DNA of 64,000 nucleotides, taken from the NCBI RefSeq assembly GCF_009914755.1, contig NC_060936.1; one strand, given 5' to 3'. The stretch's first letter is position 1; every line of letters begins with the position of its first letter. The notes beneath the pieces are model-generated. The model saw only the letters and a program-made list of their open reading frames with translations. It did not search any database and had not been told where the DNA came from. Source of the DNA: the human T2T-CHM13v2.0 reference genome, Homo sapiens. Positions 1 to 16,765 of the stretch are shown piece by piece. The translations under genes and the position numbers were made by a program.

Positions 1-128
1 TGGTAACTTAGTCAAATGAGAGAGGACTCCTGTGCTGGCTGAGAACTCTTAAAGGCCAGCAGCTCCTGGCAGCAGGGAGGGAGCAGGGCAGATAGAAGTG
101 CTGGCATGCATTTAAAAGAAAAAAAAAT

Positions 129-708
<580 letters not shown>

Positions 709-847
709 TAGTTATCATCATCATCTCTATGCACACTGGGAATTAAACTTCGTGATAAACCCTATGTGTTTTCGAGGGAGAACTGTTTAAATTTACTTGA
801 AGGTAGTATACTAAGATAATTTTGTGGACACTTTTGTTCAAATTGAC

Positions 848-2375
<1,528 letters not shown>

Positions 2376-2404
2376 ACATTTCAATCTTAATGCTATTCTT
2401 GGTA

Positions 2405-2660
2405 AGGGGTCCATAGACTTCCAAATTAAGGGCCAGACAAACATTTTAAGTTTTGAGGGCCACACAGTCTCTGTCACAACTGCTTTGACTCTGCTGTTGC
2501 ATCATTAAAACAACCAGACAATATGTAAAAATGAGTAAGTGACTCGATTCTAATAATTCCATCTGTGGACACTGAAATTTGAATTTCACATAATTTTAAA
2601 ATGTAAAAATACTTCTGGCTCACAGACTGTACAGGTGGTGAGCTGCAGACTGCCAGTCCT
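2405..2660. mobile_element. MER58-like hAT-Charlie DNA transposon relic
   Basis: agggccagac...gggccacacagtctctgtcacaact... resembles the MER58 consensus. Confidence 0.65.
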
Positions 2661-2922
2661 GTTCTAGATCATAAATGATAGCTGCCTGTTAGAAGAATGA
2701 AGTGACTTTTGCCTATGTATGCAGGTTTAAAATGTGAAGGATGCTTCTTGCCACCTAATCATAACAGTAACAAGCACTCTGTATCAAGAATCGTCTTTAT
2801 GTGCATTTCCCTATTTCTTTCTCACACATCTGTTATCTTCTTAGTATTCTTATTTTTTAGGTGAGGAAACAAGGTAACCTACCTATGGTCATTTCCTTAA
2901 ATTTGGAATATTCCATAACTAA

Positions 2923-3203
<281 letters not shown>

Positions 3204-3581
3204 TGACCTCTTGATCCGCCCGCCTCGGCCTCCCAGAGTGCTGGGATTACAGGCGTGAGCCACCGCGCCCAGCCAAGTTTCTGTTTTTATCCTTTGTTAT
3301 TATCCAATAATTTGAGAGTTTTACCACCAGTAGTTTATTTCATTAGATAAGGTGATTTGGTAGTGTGACCATGTTAATGTTAATTCTGATTTCAGAAAGA
3401 TGGTGTTTAACAAAGGTTGTCAATTGCATTTTTGTGGTGTAATGCGTACCCCCTAATTTTAATTAAATTTTAAAATATTTTAATCTAGAATAGAGTTATA
3501 ACCTTGCAGAGGTTTGAGAATGTTGTTTATATACGAAGTGCTTCTCAGGCTGGAAGTATACAGTTATGGTTCACCTTACAG

Positions 3582-3692
3582 GTGCTGCTGGTGAGTAGCA
3601 GCCGGTACCCAGACCAGTGGATTGTCCCAGGAGGAGGAATGGAACCCGAGGAGGAACCTGGCGGTGCTGCCGTGAGGGAAGTTTATGAGGAG
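3582..3692 (+). CDS. NUDT4: NUDT4 (DIPP2, diphosphoinositol polyphosphate phosphohydrolase 2) internal coding exon, canonical exon 2
   Basis: ttacag| ... GAGGAG|gtgaga; 111 nt encoding VLLVSSSRYPDQWIVPGGGMEPEEEPGGAAVREVYEE, which is most of the Nudix box GX5EX7REUXEEXGU. Confidence 0.97.
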
Positions 3693-3798
3693 GTGAGATG
3701 TTCTTTCACACAAATTCTGTTTCGGAGTTTTAAAAACAAGGCCCTTTGCTACATAACACTAAGACAGCGAGACGGGTCCAGGAGTGCTTTTTGCCTGA

Positions 3799-4122
<324 letters not shown>

Positions 4123-4461
4123 TAATTTTTGTATTTTTAGTAGGGACAGGGTTTCACCATGTTGGCCAGGCTGGTCTCGAACTCCTGACCTCAAGTGATC
4201 CTTCTGCCTCGGCCTCCCAAAGTGCTGGGATTACAGACATGAGCCACAGCGCCCAGCCAGAAATACTAATTTTTGATCAGTCCTTGCCGCTGATGAAGTA
4301 AATGACAATAAAAACTTCACAGAAGCAGGAAGATAGTGAGTTGGTATGGGGAGGGGTATTGTATTTAATTAGATTTAAGTAAATAGCCAGAGTGTAACTT
4401 GTATTTATATACATTTTGTTATAAAAAGGTAAACATTTTATATTTCATCTTTTTTTAATAG

Positions 4462-4506
4462 GCTGGAGTCAAAGGAAAACTAGGCAGACTTCTGGGCATA
4501 TTTGAG
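4462..4506 (+). CDS. NUDT4: NUDT4 coding exon 3 (45 nt)
   Basis: ttttttaatag|GCT...TTTGAG|gtgagt; AGVKGKLGRLLGIFE completes the Nudix box (EE|AGV). Too short to appear in the ORF track. Confidence 0.96.
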
Positions 4507-4700
4507 GTGAGTTAAAAAGTAATCTTCACTTTGCTGATAATAGAATTAATGATTTCTTCCTAACCAACCAAATAATGTGGCAGCAGCCTGAACCAGACAT
4601 TTCTCTCAGACTAGCAGTAGGCAGTCAGTCCAGGATTAGGTAGGGAGGGAAGTAAAAGCCACTTTTTCATATGCCACCACTTTTATTTATTTATTTTTAA

Positions 4701-4972
<272 letters not shown>

Positions 4973-5604
4973 TGAGCCACTGTGCCCGGCTGCCATCACT
5001 TTTATATAGCATTATTATGGTAGTGATTACTTCTGTTTGAAAATACAGTGGAGCTGATACTGAAATGTTTATCTTAATCCACTGTAGACTGTTTAGGGTA
5101 TAGATCTTTTAGGAGGTACAATATTTTTAGTATGACCTAAGAGCTTAGGTCTCATGTGTTTTATCTGGAAATGTCCCCATTGCCCTTAGCAAATATTATA
5201 TGATACACCTAGTGACTTAAAGGATTGTACGAAGATATAAATCTCAGGTACATAGAACAGATGCTAAAAGAATAGAATTCTCTTTCATATATTCTCTTAT
5301 TACTGAAGGCAGAATAGAATTTTCAGGGAGGGAATTTGAATGTGATAGGCAGTCTCTGGAAGCCAGGGAGAAAGGAGGTCCAGATGTATCTTCATCCAAG
5401 ATTCAGACCTAGATACACAGTATACCAGAAACATGGTCACTTTCCTTTTTTCAGGGTGCTGTTTATAGGTTAGTACAGCCTTTATAGTAGAACCATATAA
5501 ATTTTATTTTTAAGCCTTAGGAATTCAGAAAAAATCCCGATTTTGTAGCACTTGGTAGAATTGATGATGACTTTTACCGGAATACAGTAATTAAGAGTAA
5601 AGTT

Positions 5605-7495
5605 GGCCGGGCGTGGTGGCTCATGCCTGTAATCCCAGAACTTTGGGTTGGCCAAGGCAGGAGGATCACTAGGTCAGGAATTCAAGACCAGCTTGGCCAA
5701 TATGGTGAAACCCTGTCTCTACTAAAAATACAAAAATTAGCCGGGCATGGTGACGCACGCCTGTAGTCCCAGCTACTTGGGAGGCTGAGGCAGAATGGCT
5801 TGAACCCGGGAGGTGGAGGTTGCAGAGCGGCACTCCATCTCAAAAAACAAAGAGAAAAGTCGTTCAAGTAGAATTCAGTCTTTTCCAGAATTCAGCAGTT
5901 GCTTCACCCAGTTAAATAGCACCATCTCCTGGTTAAACTGAAAAACATACTGAGGTTTTTACAAATAACACATTTGTCAATATGCTGACAAGGTGTTTGA
6001 AGAAAATGTCTCACATTATAAATAAAGCTTAAATAATATGGGAAGGTAACAGTATTAAGTGCTTTACAAATACTGTTTAACAGCACACGTCAATCAAAAA
6101 ATACCTTTCCCCTTAGAAAATATAAGGGAAAATTGGATTGCCCTGCCCATTCATCCCAGTGATTTTTGTGAATTTGTGAATATAGCATAATAAATGTACT
6201 GATTTGTGAGACATAGAAATAAAACAACTGATTCTTAAAAATAATGAATGATGTGTTAATTGACAGTTGCCTCTAATTTATTGTTGTTTTTATTCCTTCT
6301 CAGATATAAAAAGATAATCCTTCCCAGCTGTAAAAACCCACTGTTTTGAGTAGATTTTTCAGGTTGTTTGTGGCCAAAATCAGGACAATTATCTAAAGTC
6401 GTGGACTATGGCAAAGAAGGCTAACTTTAATCAGGATGAAGGAAGGCCAACTTGTTTAATTTTTAACCCAGAAACAAGCTCAGTTGCCTGTTTTATTTAA
6501 TTTATGTTTTTTTTTTTTAGATGGGGTATCATTCTGTCATCCAGGCTTTAGTGCAGTGGCATGATCTGGGCTCATCGCCACGTCCGCCTCCTGGGCTCAA
6601 GCGATCCTTCACTTCAGCCTCCCAAGTAGCTGAATTACAGGCATACAACCACGCCCGGCTAATATTTTCGTATTTTTAGTAGAGACGGGGTTTCACCATG
6701 TTGGACAGGCTGGGCTCGAACTCCTGACCTCAAGTGATCTGCCCGCCTTGGCCTCCCAAAGTACTGGGATTACAGACGTGAGCTTCTGCTCCAGGCCATG
6801 GGCTATTCTTTATGTGCACCTTGATAGGCCTGCAGGAGGAGTGCTTAAAGGAACTGGTGCTGTTTGCTCTTACAAAGGTCCTAAAGGAAGCAGTTTTCCA
6901 TGTCATTGAAAGGTTGTCAGGATTAGCCCCAGGGAAGAGGGGATAGGATAAAAACTATGGGAATGCAGGTCTATTATTTTAATAAGATTGCATTCAACTC
7001 TTAAGATTTTCTTTATGAAAATAACATCAGATAGGCCAGGTAAGGTGGCTCACACCTGTAATCCCAGCACTTTGGGAGGCCGAGGTGGGTGGATCATGAG
7101 GTCAGGGTTTAAGACCATCCTGACCAACATGGTGAAACCCCGTCTGTACTAAAAATACAAAAATTAGCCAGGCGTGGTGGCGTGCACCTGTAATTCCAGC
7201 TACTCGGGAGGCTGAGGCAGGAGAATCACTTGAACCTGGGAGGCAGAGATTGTGGGGGAGCTGAGATCACGCCACTGTACTCCTGGGCAACAAAGCGAGA
7301 CTCCCTGTCTCAAAAAAAAAAAAAAAAAAAAGAAAAGAACATCAGATATATAGAAATAAGTGTTTAAAGTTTAGTACTGGAGGCTGGGTCCTCATACCTG
7401 TAAGCTCAGTTTTTGGGAAGGCCAAAGCAGGAGGTTCCCTTGAGGGCAGGAGTGGACCAGCCTGGGCAACATCTCCAGACTTCTACAAAAAAAGT
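5605..7495. mobile_element. Alus in NUDT4 intron 3 (5605-5857 +, 6497-6797 -, 7033-7339 +, monomer 7380-7495 +)
   Basis: Alu consensus; TSD aacatcagata around the 7033 element. Confidence 0.9.
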
Positions 7496-7739
7496 AGTAT
7501 TGAGAGCCAATTTCACCACCAGTAATGATGAAGCTCTAGTTCTAGTCTTCTGTTTAACTTTTAAATGTTTTGTCTTATATAAAGTCACTTTTGTGTTGGA
7601 CTGTACAACTGAATATACTTGCCTGTGCTGGGAAATACGCTATGCTAATCAGCAGTATGCCAGACTAATTTTTTTCCCTTGGAAAATGTGTCCATGGCTA
7701 GCTCCTGTAGATTAAAATGCATTTCTTTTTATATTCAAG

Positions 7740-7827
7740 CAGAACCAAGACCGAAAGCACAGAACATATGTTTATGTTCTAACAGTCACTGAAATATTAG
7801 AAGATTGGGAAGATTCTGTTAATATTG
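7740..7827 (+). CDS. NUDT4: NUDT4 coding exon 4 with NAGNAG acceptor (start 7740 includes Gln, start 7743 omits it)
   Basis: ttcAAG CAG AAC...; (Q)NQDRKHRTYVYVLTVTEILEDWEDSVNI-G|gtaagt; phase 1 end matches the next exon. Confidence 0.96.
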
Positions 7828-7924
7828 GTAAGTTCCCTTTTGTTATCTGAATACTCTGTTCTAACAGAAGATTGGGAAGATTCTGTTAATATAGGTAAGT
7901 TCCCTTTTGTTATCTGAATACTCT
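7776..7924 (+). repeat. Tandem duplication of the NUDT4 exon 4 end and splice donor
   Basis: Copy 1 is 7776-7857 (82 bp); copy 2 is 7858-7924 (67 bp, with a 15-bp deletion and one substitution). Confidence 0.95.
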
Positions 7925-8149
7925 TTGCTTATATTCCTGTGTCCAGTTTCCATCCTAGATTTTTTTTTTTTTTGGTCACTTTTCATTTAGAGCAGGGAAG
8001 ATAATTCAAATGTAGAGATGCATATTCATCTTAATTATTCCCCAACATATTGTTGTCTAAGTCATTTATCGGGGAGTAAGTGGACATTACTTATATGGCT
8101 TACTTTTTAAAATGGACTGTCTTGTAACCAATGTCATTCTTTTCTCTAG

Positions 8150-8352
8150 GAAGGAAGAGAGAGTGGTTCAAAGTAGAAGATGCTATCAAAGTTCTCCAGT
8201 GTCATAAACCTGTACATGCAGAGTATCTGGAAAAGCTAAAGCTGGGTTGTTCCCCAGCCAATGGAAATTCTACAGTCCCTTCCCTTCCGGATAATAATGC
8301 CTTGTTTGTAACCGCTGCACAGACCTCTGGGTTGCCATCTAGTGTAAGATAG
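8150..8352 (+). CDS. NUDT4: NUDT4 last coding exon
   Basis: ttttctctag|GA AGG AAG AGA...; GRKREWFKVEDAIKVLQCHKPVHAEYLEKLKLGCSPANGNS...LPSSVR, stop TAG at 8350-8352. Confidence 0.97.
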
Positions 8353-9565
8353 AGAGAACTGGGTAGGCCTCTCCCACCATGTGCAGTCTCATGGGGAGAG
8401 GCTTCTTTCGTTTCCTCGTCAAACATCTGATTGACGCTTGCAAACTGTCTGAATTTGCCATGCAAGGTTTTCAAACAATTTGCATGTTTTTCAGATGCTT
8501 TCAAATCTTTTTTTAAAAAAATAGTGTAAAATATTTTAATAAGCCAAAGCCATGTGGAATTTTTGTTTAGATGCCTTAACTGTGCCACACCCCACAACCC
8601 CCTATATTATTTTGGTTGTCTATTTCTCACAGCATATTTTCAGTTTTTTGTCCATTTGACATCAGTCTGTGGTTTATTTTGTCATCAGATTACTTGTGGG
8701 TATACCTACCCCAAAATTGTTTTCTCATTCACAGCATTAGCATATTCAGCAAATCCATCTGTGGTGGGAATTAAAAATATTATTGGTATTAAAGAAATCC
8801 ATTCACCCCAAAACTTGTTTTACAGGATTACAATTTTAATTCAAAATTTCCAGATTTGGGCTATTTCTGTATGATCCAATAACTTATTTTGTCACAGGGC
8901 TTAATTTGCCATTTTTGGGGATTTGTCGACTCATTTTGTCTGAATTTTCACAACTGGTATTATGTCACTAGCTACCTGATACGGCTATTTCCCTTATAAC
9001 TCAATAGTACCTTAACACAAAGTATAACTCTGTAGAGTTGGTGAATATTTTAGGGAAATATTAGCAAAATGCATGTAGTAAAGACATCTTATGAAAACTG
9101 TATTCATGGAATTTGATTTAGCATGCTCAGTTGCCAGTTCCCATTATCGATACTCTTTCTTTGCAGAATACCTTAGAACCGTTATTTCCCTCAGTGTAGA
9201 TTGCTCTTAAAATGTATTCAGTTATTTAGTGGCCCCCACAGGAGTGGAGTCTTGAAATCTAATTCTAAATGCCAGTCAGTGATGATCGCATCACAGTTGA
9301 GTGAAATGGCCTTCCTGTTCAGCTGTTAGAGACTGAAGATTGTTAGGGCACCTTAGAATGTCTCATCTTTTCTAGGTTGTCAACAGGTACTATTTGTCAC
9401 ATAACTAACTTTCGAGGCACTGGAACATACCTGAACTAAGAATTAAATCTTTTACTTTATACTCACTTAAAATCAAGAATCCCATCTAAAACACATAGGT
9501 ACCTTATCTGAAACTCTTGCACTTCCCCAACCAGGGCAGAAATGAGGTGGGAGAAGTTTGACTAA

Positions 9566-9880
<315 letters not shown>

Positions 9881-10927
9881 AAAGATCATTTTTTTATATA
9901 GACTTCAGCCCTTTGTAAATATTGTAACTGGGGAGTATAGAGTAGAAAAAAAGTATAGTTAAAACATTTGTTCTACAAATTAACCTTTAAAAATATAATT
10001 ACTGCTAAAAATAGAGTGCTGTTACACTTAAGGAAAATTAGTGCCATTTTGGAAATGAGATCTTGTGCCATAAATACAGCTGAACTGAATATAAATGTTC
10101 ACAAATTAATGCTGTCAAAGGAATGAGTAAAGCAGAAAAACTTTTAACCAGCAACATTTCAAGTACGTAGTGTGATCAAACATGATCATCCAGAATTTTT
10201 ATATTTTTTTCTTTGTACAGAGGTTACATATTCTGGGTGTTCTTTTATAAAGGAAACATTTTAAATCCCACAAATTGACACTTTCTATCTTCAATGGACT
10301 AAGATTTTTTTGGTCAGTAATCTCTGAAATTTCCTTAAATTATATACTTAACATAGCAGAGAAACTGGATTGTTTTTGTATATAAGACTGCTTCCACCTG
10401 AAATGCTGTCATAAGTACTGGGGGGGTGGGGGAGTGCCCATCTTGTACATGATATTCTTAGAGGTAATAAGGTAATGATGCATGAATTTATTTTATAAAC
10501 TCTTGGACTATGTATTTGACATGTAAAATATGTACAGTATTAACGTCAACCATCTCTTTAAAGTTAGCCTATAAATATTGTTGTATAATTTTCTTTGGTC
10601 AGAAACACTTGGACTGAATAGTGACACTCGGTAAGGATTTTCAGTGCCATTTAGCAAAACGTCTTTAGTCTATGCAACTAGCAAAAATCTGCATAATGCA
10701 ACAACACAGTTTTCACACTTCAAATTTTACATGAGGGGTTCTTCACGATTCTCCTGGAACCCAGTCTAGCAAAATGAGAGGAAAGGCCCTAGGGAGATTT
10801 ATTTCTGTTAAATAGTTAACTCTGCTGAGTATGACAAATAGTGTCTACTATCTCAACCCTCCAAAATTTGCAGAGTGTTGGGACTGTCATTTGTGATTTT
10901 TTTTTTTTTTTTTTGGTGGGGTAGTTG

Positions 10928-11236
10928 AATAAAATTGGGCAGCTAAATTTTTCAGTTCCATGTGCCTCCCAAATAAAAAACAGAAAATAAGTAGTTTTTG
11001 TGAATTGACTTGCAGACAAAGTAGAAACTGTGCTGCATGATGTTATTTTGTAAACAGATGACATTTTCTGACCAGGCACATGCCATCCAATTTTCTGTCA
11101 ATCACACTGTTGTATAAAGCAGCAGAACTGAAGGGGAAAAATGATTGTTGTATACACTGAATTGCTTTGCATGGTCTCATTTGAGATAATTGATGTAAGA
11201 ATCCTGACTTTTTTATATTTGGAAACATCAAATAAA
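10928..11236 (+). terminator. Cluster of candidate NUDT4 polyadenylation signals
   Basis: AATAAA at 10928-10933, 10972-10977 and 11231-11236. Confidence 0.6.
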
Positions 11237-12007
11237 AATGGAAAAAATGATCATGGCTTTAAAAAAAAAACAAAAACACACACACATGAACTCAGATTTG
11301 CAAACCAGGTTTCTGAAACTTTGGGTAAGGTGTATGCTTTTAACTTTGAAATGTATAAACACCCAGCGGAAACGTATACCTTTCAGTGCATAGTGCATTG
11401 TGTGCTTACCCTGGGTTGTTTAAACTTGTGTTCAAATATTCCCCCTCCAAGTGAAAGCCTGTCGGGAATTCCACAGTAACACCTTTACTGTTCTCCCATT
11501 GATGATCATATACGTTACCTCTTCCTAGCGGTACATTTGTATGATCCTTACTACTGGAATTACCGGGTTAAAAGGAAATGCTTACCACTAAGATGTCAGT
11601 ATTCTCCTCATGGATATTTTCAATCTCAATGTTGCCAGTCTAATAGTATAGTATGTGGTTGCTTTACTGCTGTTCTCCCCACCCCCGTGGAGTTGTGTCA
11701 TTATTTTAATGAATGTGAGCTCTTGACTTACTCTAGAATTCTAATACAGATACTTTCTGCACTAGTATCACTTTTATTATTGCAGTTCCATTTAAAAGCA
11801 TAACTGGCTAAGTCACCGCCCCACCCGCCGCCATTACATTTCCTAAAACATACTGCTGCCAAAGACCAACTGTAGAATCCTTAAGTCCTGTTCAAGTGTC
11901 ACTTCATTTTTTATTAGGGGTTTCTTAGTTGGAGGGCATGAGAAACTTGGCCCTTTCCAATGTTGTCTTCACATTGGAGTATAAGAATTCTCTATAGGAC
12001 TCTTTAA

Positions 12008-12592
<585 letters not shown>

Positions 12593-13791
12593 TATCTTGG
12601 TGTTTTTACATCCTTCAGTATTTTTCAAGGTTTTACAGCTTTTTTATCTATAGACTTATACCATCTTCAAAAGCAATACAATTTTATTTGTAGACGTGAT
12701 TTCCCCCACCAAATGCACATTTTATGGAGCTCTAGGACAAAAGTCAGGATGAAAAGTAATCTATCGCTGGTGCTACTTTAATACCTTCCTGACTGGTGCC
12801 ACTGGCTAAATTCTAGCAGTACGATGAGAGGGCCATTAAGGCCTATCTTAGCAAGCAAGACATTATAGCAAAGACCTAAACACTCAAAGGTTCAACGTCT
12901 TCTAGCCAGGGAACTATTCTCTAATTCTTCCACCTTGATATGATTTCAGCAAATTCTGATAACCCGGTATTACTCTTAATGCATTTTTGTAACATTTGAC
13001 AAACATCTCCCAATATGCAGACTCCCACTCTCCTGATGCTAATCAGTATCAGACAATGGAAGTAAATTTTCCTGCTTTTCTCAACTTTTCCTCAAATTCA
13101 TGTTAGTGAAGTACTTTCATTTGGCCATCATTATTTATCAACCTTAAGAAACATGCCTATTGACGAAGTAAATATACTAGGAATTCAACGTATCTACGGG
13201 AATGTGGACAAAGACATATACCAAGACAAGGCACTAGAGTGAAAAGCCATTAAAATAAAATGCTCAGCAGCAAAGGATTTGTAATGGTTAACTTGCAATA
13301 TATCCATATGGTGTAATATTACAGTCATTAGAAATGACATTTGCGTAAGGATCTGAGTGGAAACTGATACAGCCTGTCGGAGAGCTACTGAGTAGTATTT
13401 TATCACAGCTGCATACATACCCTTTCACCCAACAGTTCCACTCCTGGGAGTCTAGTCAACAAATGGACAAGTTGCACAACCAAGCTATGGTCAAATATGT
13501 GTGTTGTAGGATTTATGAAACTGGTACCAATTTAATATTCAAATGTGATTAAGTCATGGCAATCTATTTACTGGATACTTTGTGGTTACCAAAGAGCTAT
13601 GTGCTGCCACAGGGAGTCCTTTCAATAGTGATTGAAAAAGGCAGAACACTACTAGACAGAACTACCTGTTTTATGCATGTATTGGCATACACTGAAAAAG
13701 CTTAGTCACTTAAAATGAGGTTGTACAGATTGTAGATTTTGTTTTTAAACGCCTGTATGGTTTAAAAAATGTTTTGGGAAATAGACATGAG

Positions 13792-14025
13792 CAGGGCAGA
13801 GAACTACAACCTACAGGCCAAACCCCACCCCACTGCCTGTTTGTACGGCCAACAAGTTTAAAATTTTTTTAATGTTTTAGGTTTTTTTTTTTTTTAAAAA
13901 AATACTATGCCCATTTGTTTACAAATCGTCTGTGGGTGCTTTCTCACTACAATGGCAGAATTCAGTAGTTGAGACAGACCTATGGTCCACAAAGGCCGAA
14001 ATATTTACTGTTTTAGGAGAAAAAA
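13792..14025. mobile_element. MER58-like DNA transposon relic
   Basis: ...tatgcccatttgtttac...ctacaatggcagaattcagtagttgagacagacctatggtccacaaaggccgaaatatttact matches MER58 internal motifs. Confidence 0.7.
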
Positions 14026-14963
14026 ACAACATGAATTGTAATAACTTGGACTTACTTGGTTGCTCAGTCCTGATGTGTCCTGTTAAAACCTAAGAGAAAC
14101 AGCACCAAGTTCAATCTAGTGCAATCAGCCTATCACATCTAAGCTGCTTTTGCCAGATCTGATATCTACTCCCGACCTTAAGCCAGGAGACTTTGTAAAC
14201 TTACTAGGTTATAATAAAACTTAAGAACTATCGATATTTACTAATCTACATCATGGAACTATTTCAAAAGCAGTCATATGGTAAGATGGATCAGGAGTCT
14301 TTAAAAATAAAACTGAGAAAGAAAAATCATGTGATCAATTCAGTAGTAGAGACAGAGGTTGGTATCAAGTCTATGTTCATACACTTACCAGTGCCACCCA
14401 GCAGGGCCATACAAGACACATGAAATGAGATCAGCTCAAGGGTGACAAGATGAAACTGGGAGAGGGCCGGGGAGACCCGAACTCTTAATATTGGATTCCA
14501 CACAAGAGGAAAAATTTTAGTCCAGCTCCCAGCATGGCAGCTAATGGCAAGTTACTCAGTACCATAAAGCCAACTCTTGGAATATACCTGACTTCCACGA
14601 TAAAATGGAGATGAGTGCAGGGGTGAGTGTATAGTTAAGAAAACAAACAATATATTACTAGTCCAGGTGGTAGATGACAGATTTTTATTATTTACACTTC
14701 TCTCAAATTATTACATTCAGCATGTTTTGCTTTTTATGTTATTTAAAGTATAAACCCTCATATAATTCCCTAAGATGGGTGGCATGCCAAGTAGCTAAAT
14801 GAAATATCATCCCAGCCCAAAAGTACTTATTCGAATGAAATATTACATTTTTCTTAAATAAAGCAATAAATTAGGTACCCTATTATCACGGTATTTTCTT
14901 TTTTGGCCAGCTTTTCTAGATAAGGTTGTATTGCTACTGCAACTAACAAAAAAGATGTGGCAG

Positions 14964-15252
14964 GGCTGGGCACGGTGGCTCACGCCTGTAATCCCAGCAC
15001 TTTGGGAGGCCGAGGCGGGCAGATCACGAGGTCAGGAGATGGAGACCATCCTGGCCCAACATGGTGAAACCCCGTCTCTACTAAAAATACAAAAAATTAG
15101 CCAGGTGTGGTGGCAGGTGTCTGTAGTCCCAGCTCCTCAGGAGGCTGAGGCAGGAGAATCGCTTGAACGCGGGAGGCAGAACCTGCAGTGAGCCAAGATC
15201 ATGCCACAGCACTCCAGCCTAAACTACAGAGCTAGAAAGTGGCTAGAGCAGC

Positions 15253-15283
<31 letters not shown>
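14964..15283 (+). mobile_element. AluS/Sc with an altered 3' end and long A tail
   Basis: Alu consensus up to about 15220, then about 35 non-consensus nt and a run of about 29 A. Confidence 0.9.
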
Positions 15284-15285
<2 letters not shown>

Positions 15286-15522
15286 TTCCTGAACCATTCA
15301 ACAGAAAAATGAGGCCTATTCCTATCATTTCCTCGATCCAATTTAGTTCCACTTAGGTCACTGTGTTTATAATGTCTTTTAGGACAGATTTCCTTCCCCA
15401 TTCTCCATCAAACAACCATAGCACCTGTGACTTTTATCTGTTGGTTTGTATTTAATCTTATTTTTAAGTGCTTCTTTGAAATTGTTTTACAAGTACATTC
15501 TTGGTCTAGAGTAAGGTTCTAT

Positions 15523-15837
15523 ATAGTTGGCCCTCCATATCCATGGGTTCCACTTCCGTGGATTCAAACAACCAGACAAAATATTCCAAAAAACATTGTG
15601 TCTGTAGTCAACATGTATATTTTTGTCATTATTCCTTAAACAATAGTGTAACTATTTACATAGCACTTACATTATAATAGGTATTATAAGTAATCTAAAT
15701 ATTAACATAAGCGGGAGGATTTGTGTAGATTGTATGCATATACAACATCATTTTATTCCAGAGACTTGAGCATCTGCGAATTTGGATATCCAAAGGAAGT
15801 CCTAGAACCAGTTCCCGACAAATACCAAGAGATGACT
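15523..15837. mobile_element. MER2 (TcMar-Tigger) relic
   Basis: agttggccctccatatccatgggttcc...gtcctagaaccagttccc...ataccaagagatgact, the characteristic MER2 ends. Confidence 0.8.
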
Positions 15838-16589
15838 TTACTTTAGACCTAAGATCTTGCTAGACAGCCTTTGAGAGGACGAAGGATAACTAGAGCAGAA
15901 GCAAATCGCAGCGAAGTAGACTACAACAATCAAGTCAAAAAACATAAAGCTCCTATCAACACCTCAAGATTTTAGAAAAGCCTCTTAACGGGCAATTTTC
16001 TTTTAAATAAAGACTGGGTCCCACTATGTTAGCCAGGCTGGTCACAAACTCCTGGACTCAAGTGATCCTCCTGCCTTGGCCTCCTAAAGTGCTGGGATTA
16101 CAGGCATGAGCCACTGTGCCCGGCCTGGGCAGTCGATTTTCAGGAAGCCACTTAATGTTCAGATTCTTTTCTTCTCTCCCAGGACTTTGCAGATGCTGCT
16201 GTTCCCTCTGCCTGGAGATGTTCATCTGGCCTGAATCCAAAAGTCTGTCCAAGTTACTTCTCTTTTCCATGACAGAGTTACAACTATTTGTCTGTCCCCC
16301 TTCCCCATTAGAGTATATGGTCCCCAAAGGAAAGCCCCATGCCATTCACTCACCACCTAATCATCCCCAACAACTAGTGGGCAAACATGAAACACTTTTG
16401 TTGAATAATGTGTTTCCTTTAGCCCAGGGATTACAAAGTCAAAGGCTTACAAGGGGGAAGGACTAGCAGGTGTGCTCGGAGGGGACTCTAGCCAACTGGA
16501 GAGTAACTGGTGAGAAGACAATGACATGCTCTTAGGGTGTCTGCTACTCAGATCCTCTCAGTTAAGTCCCGTGCACAAAGGTGGGTCAG

Positions 16590-16765
16590 GTCTACTGTTG
16601 CCAGATCTTCAGATCATTCAAAAGTTACCCGAATTCTGGATTTTCATGCAAATCTCCCAATTTTTAAAAATGTTGGCATCAAATTCAGAATGTTTTAACC
16701 AGCCACACTGTGTGGGCCAGGGAAAACAGGCCCAAAGGCCAGGTGAAGCTGCAGTTTTCAACTGC
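16590..16765. mobile_element. MER102-like hAT relic
   Basis: gttgccagatctt...ggattttcatgcaaatctcccaatttttaaaaatgttggca...cactgtgtgggcca. Confidence 0.55.

Noticed and set aside
3565-3581. ttcaccttacag resembling a U12 branch site
   Set aside because: Poor match to TTCCTTAAC and flush with the acceptor; the upstream donor is outside the window.
8202-8597. 131-aa antisense ORF over the last NUDT4 exon
   Set aside because: Shadow of the coding frame with a non-ATG start and no independent support.
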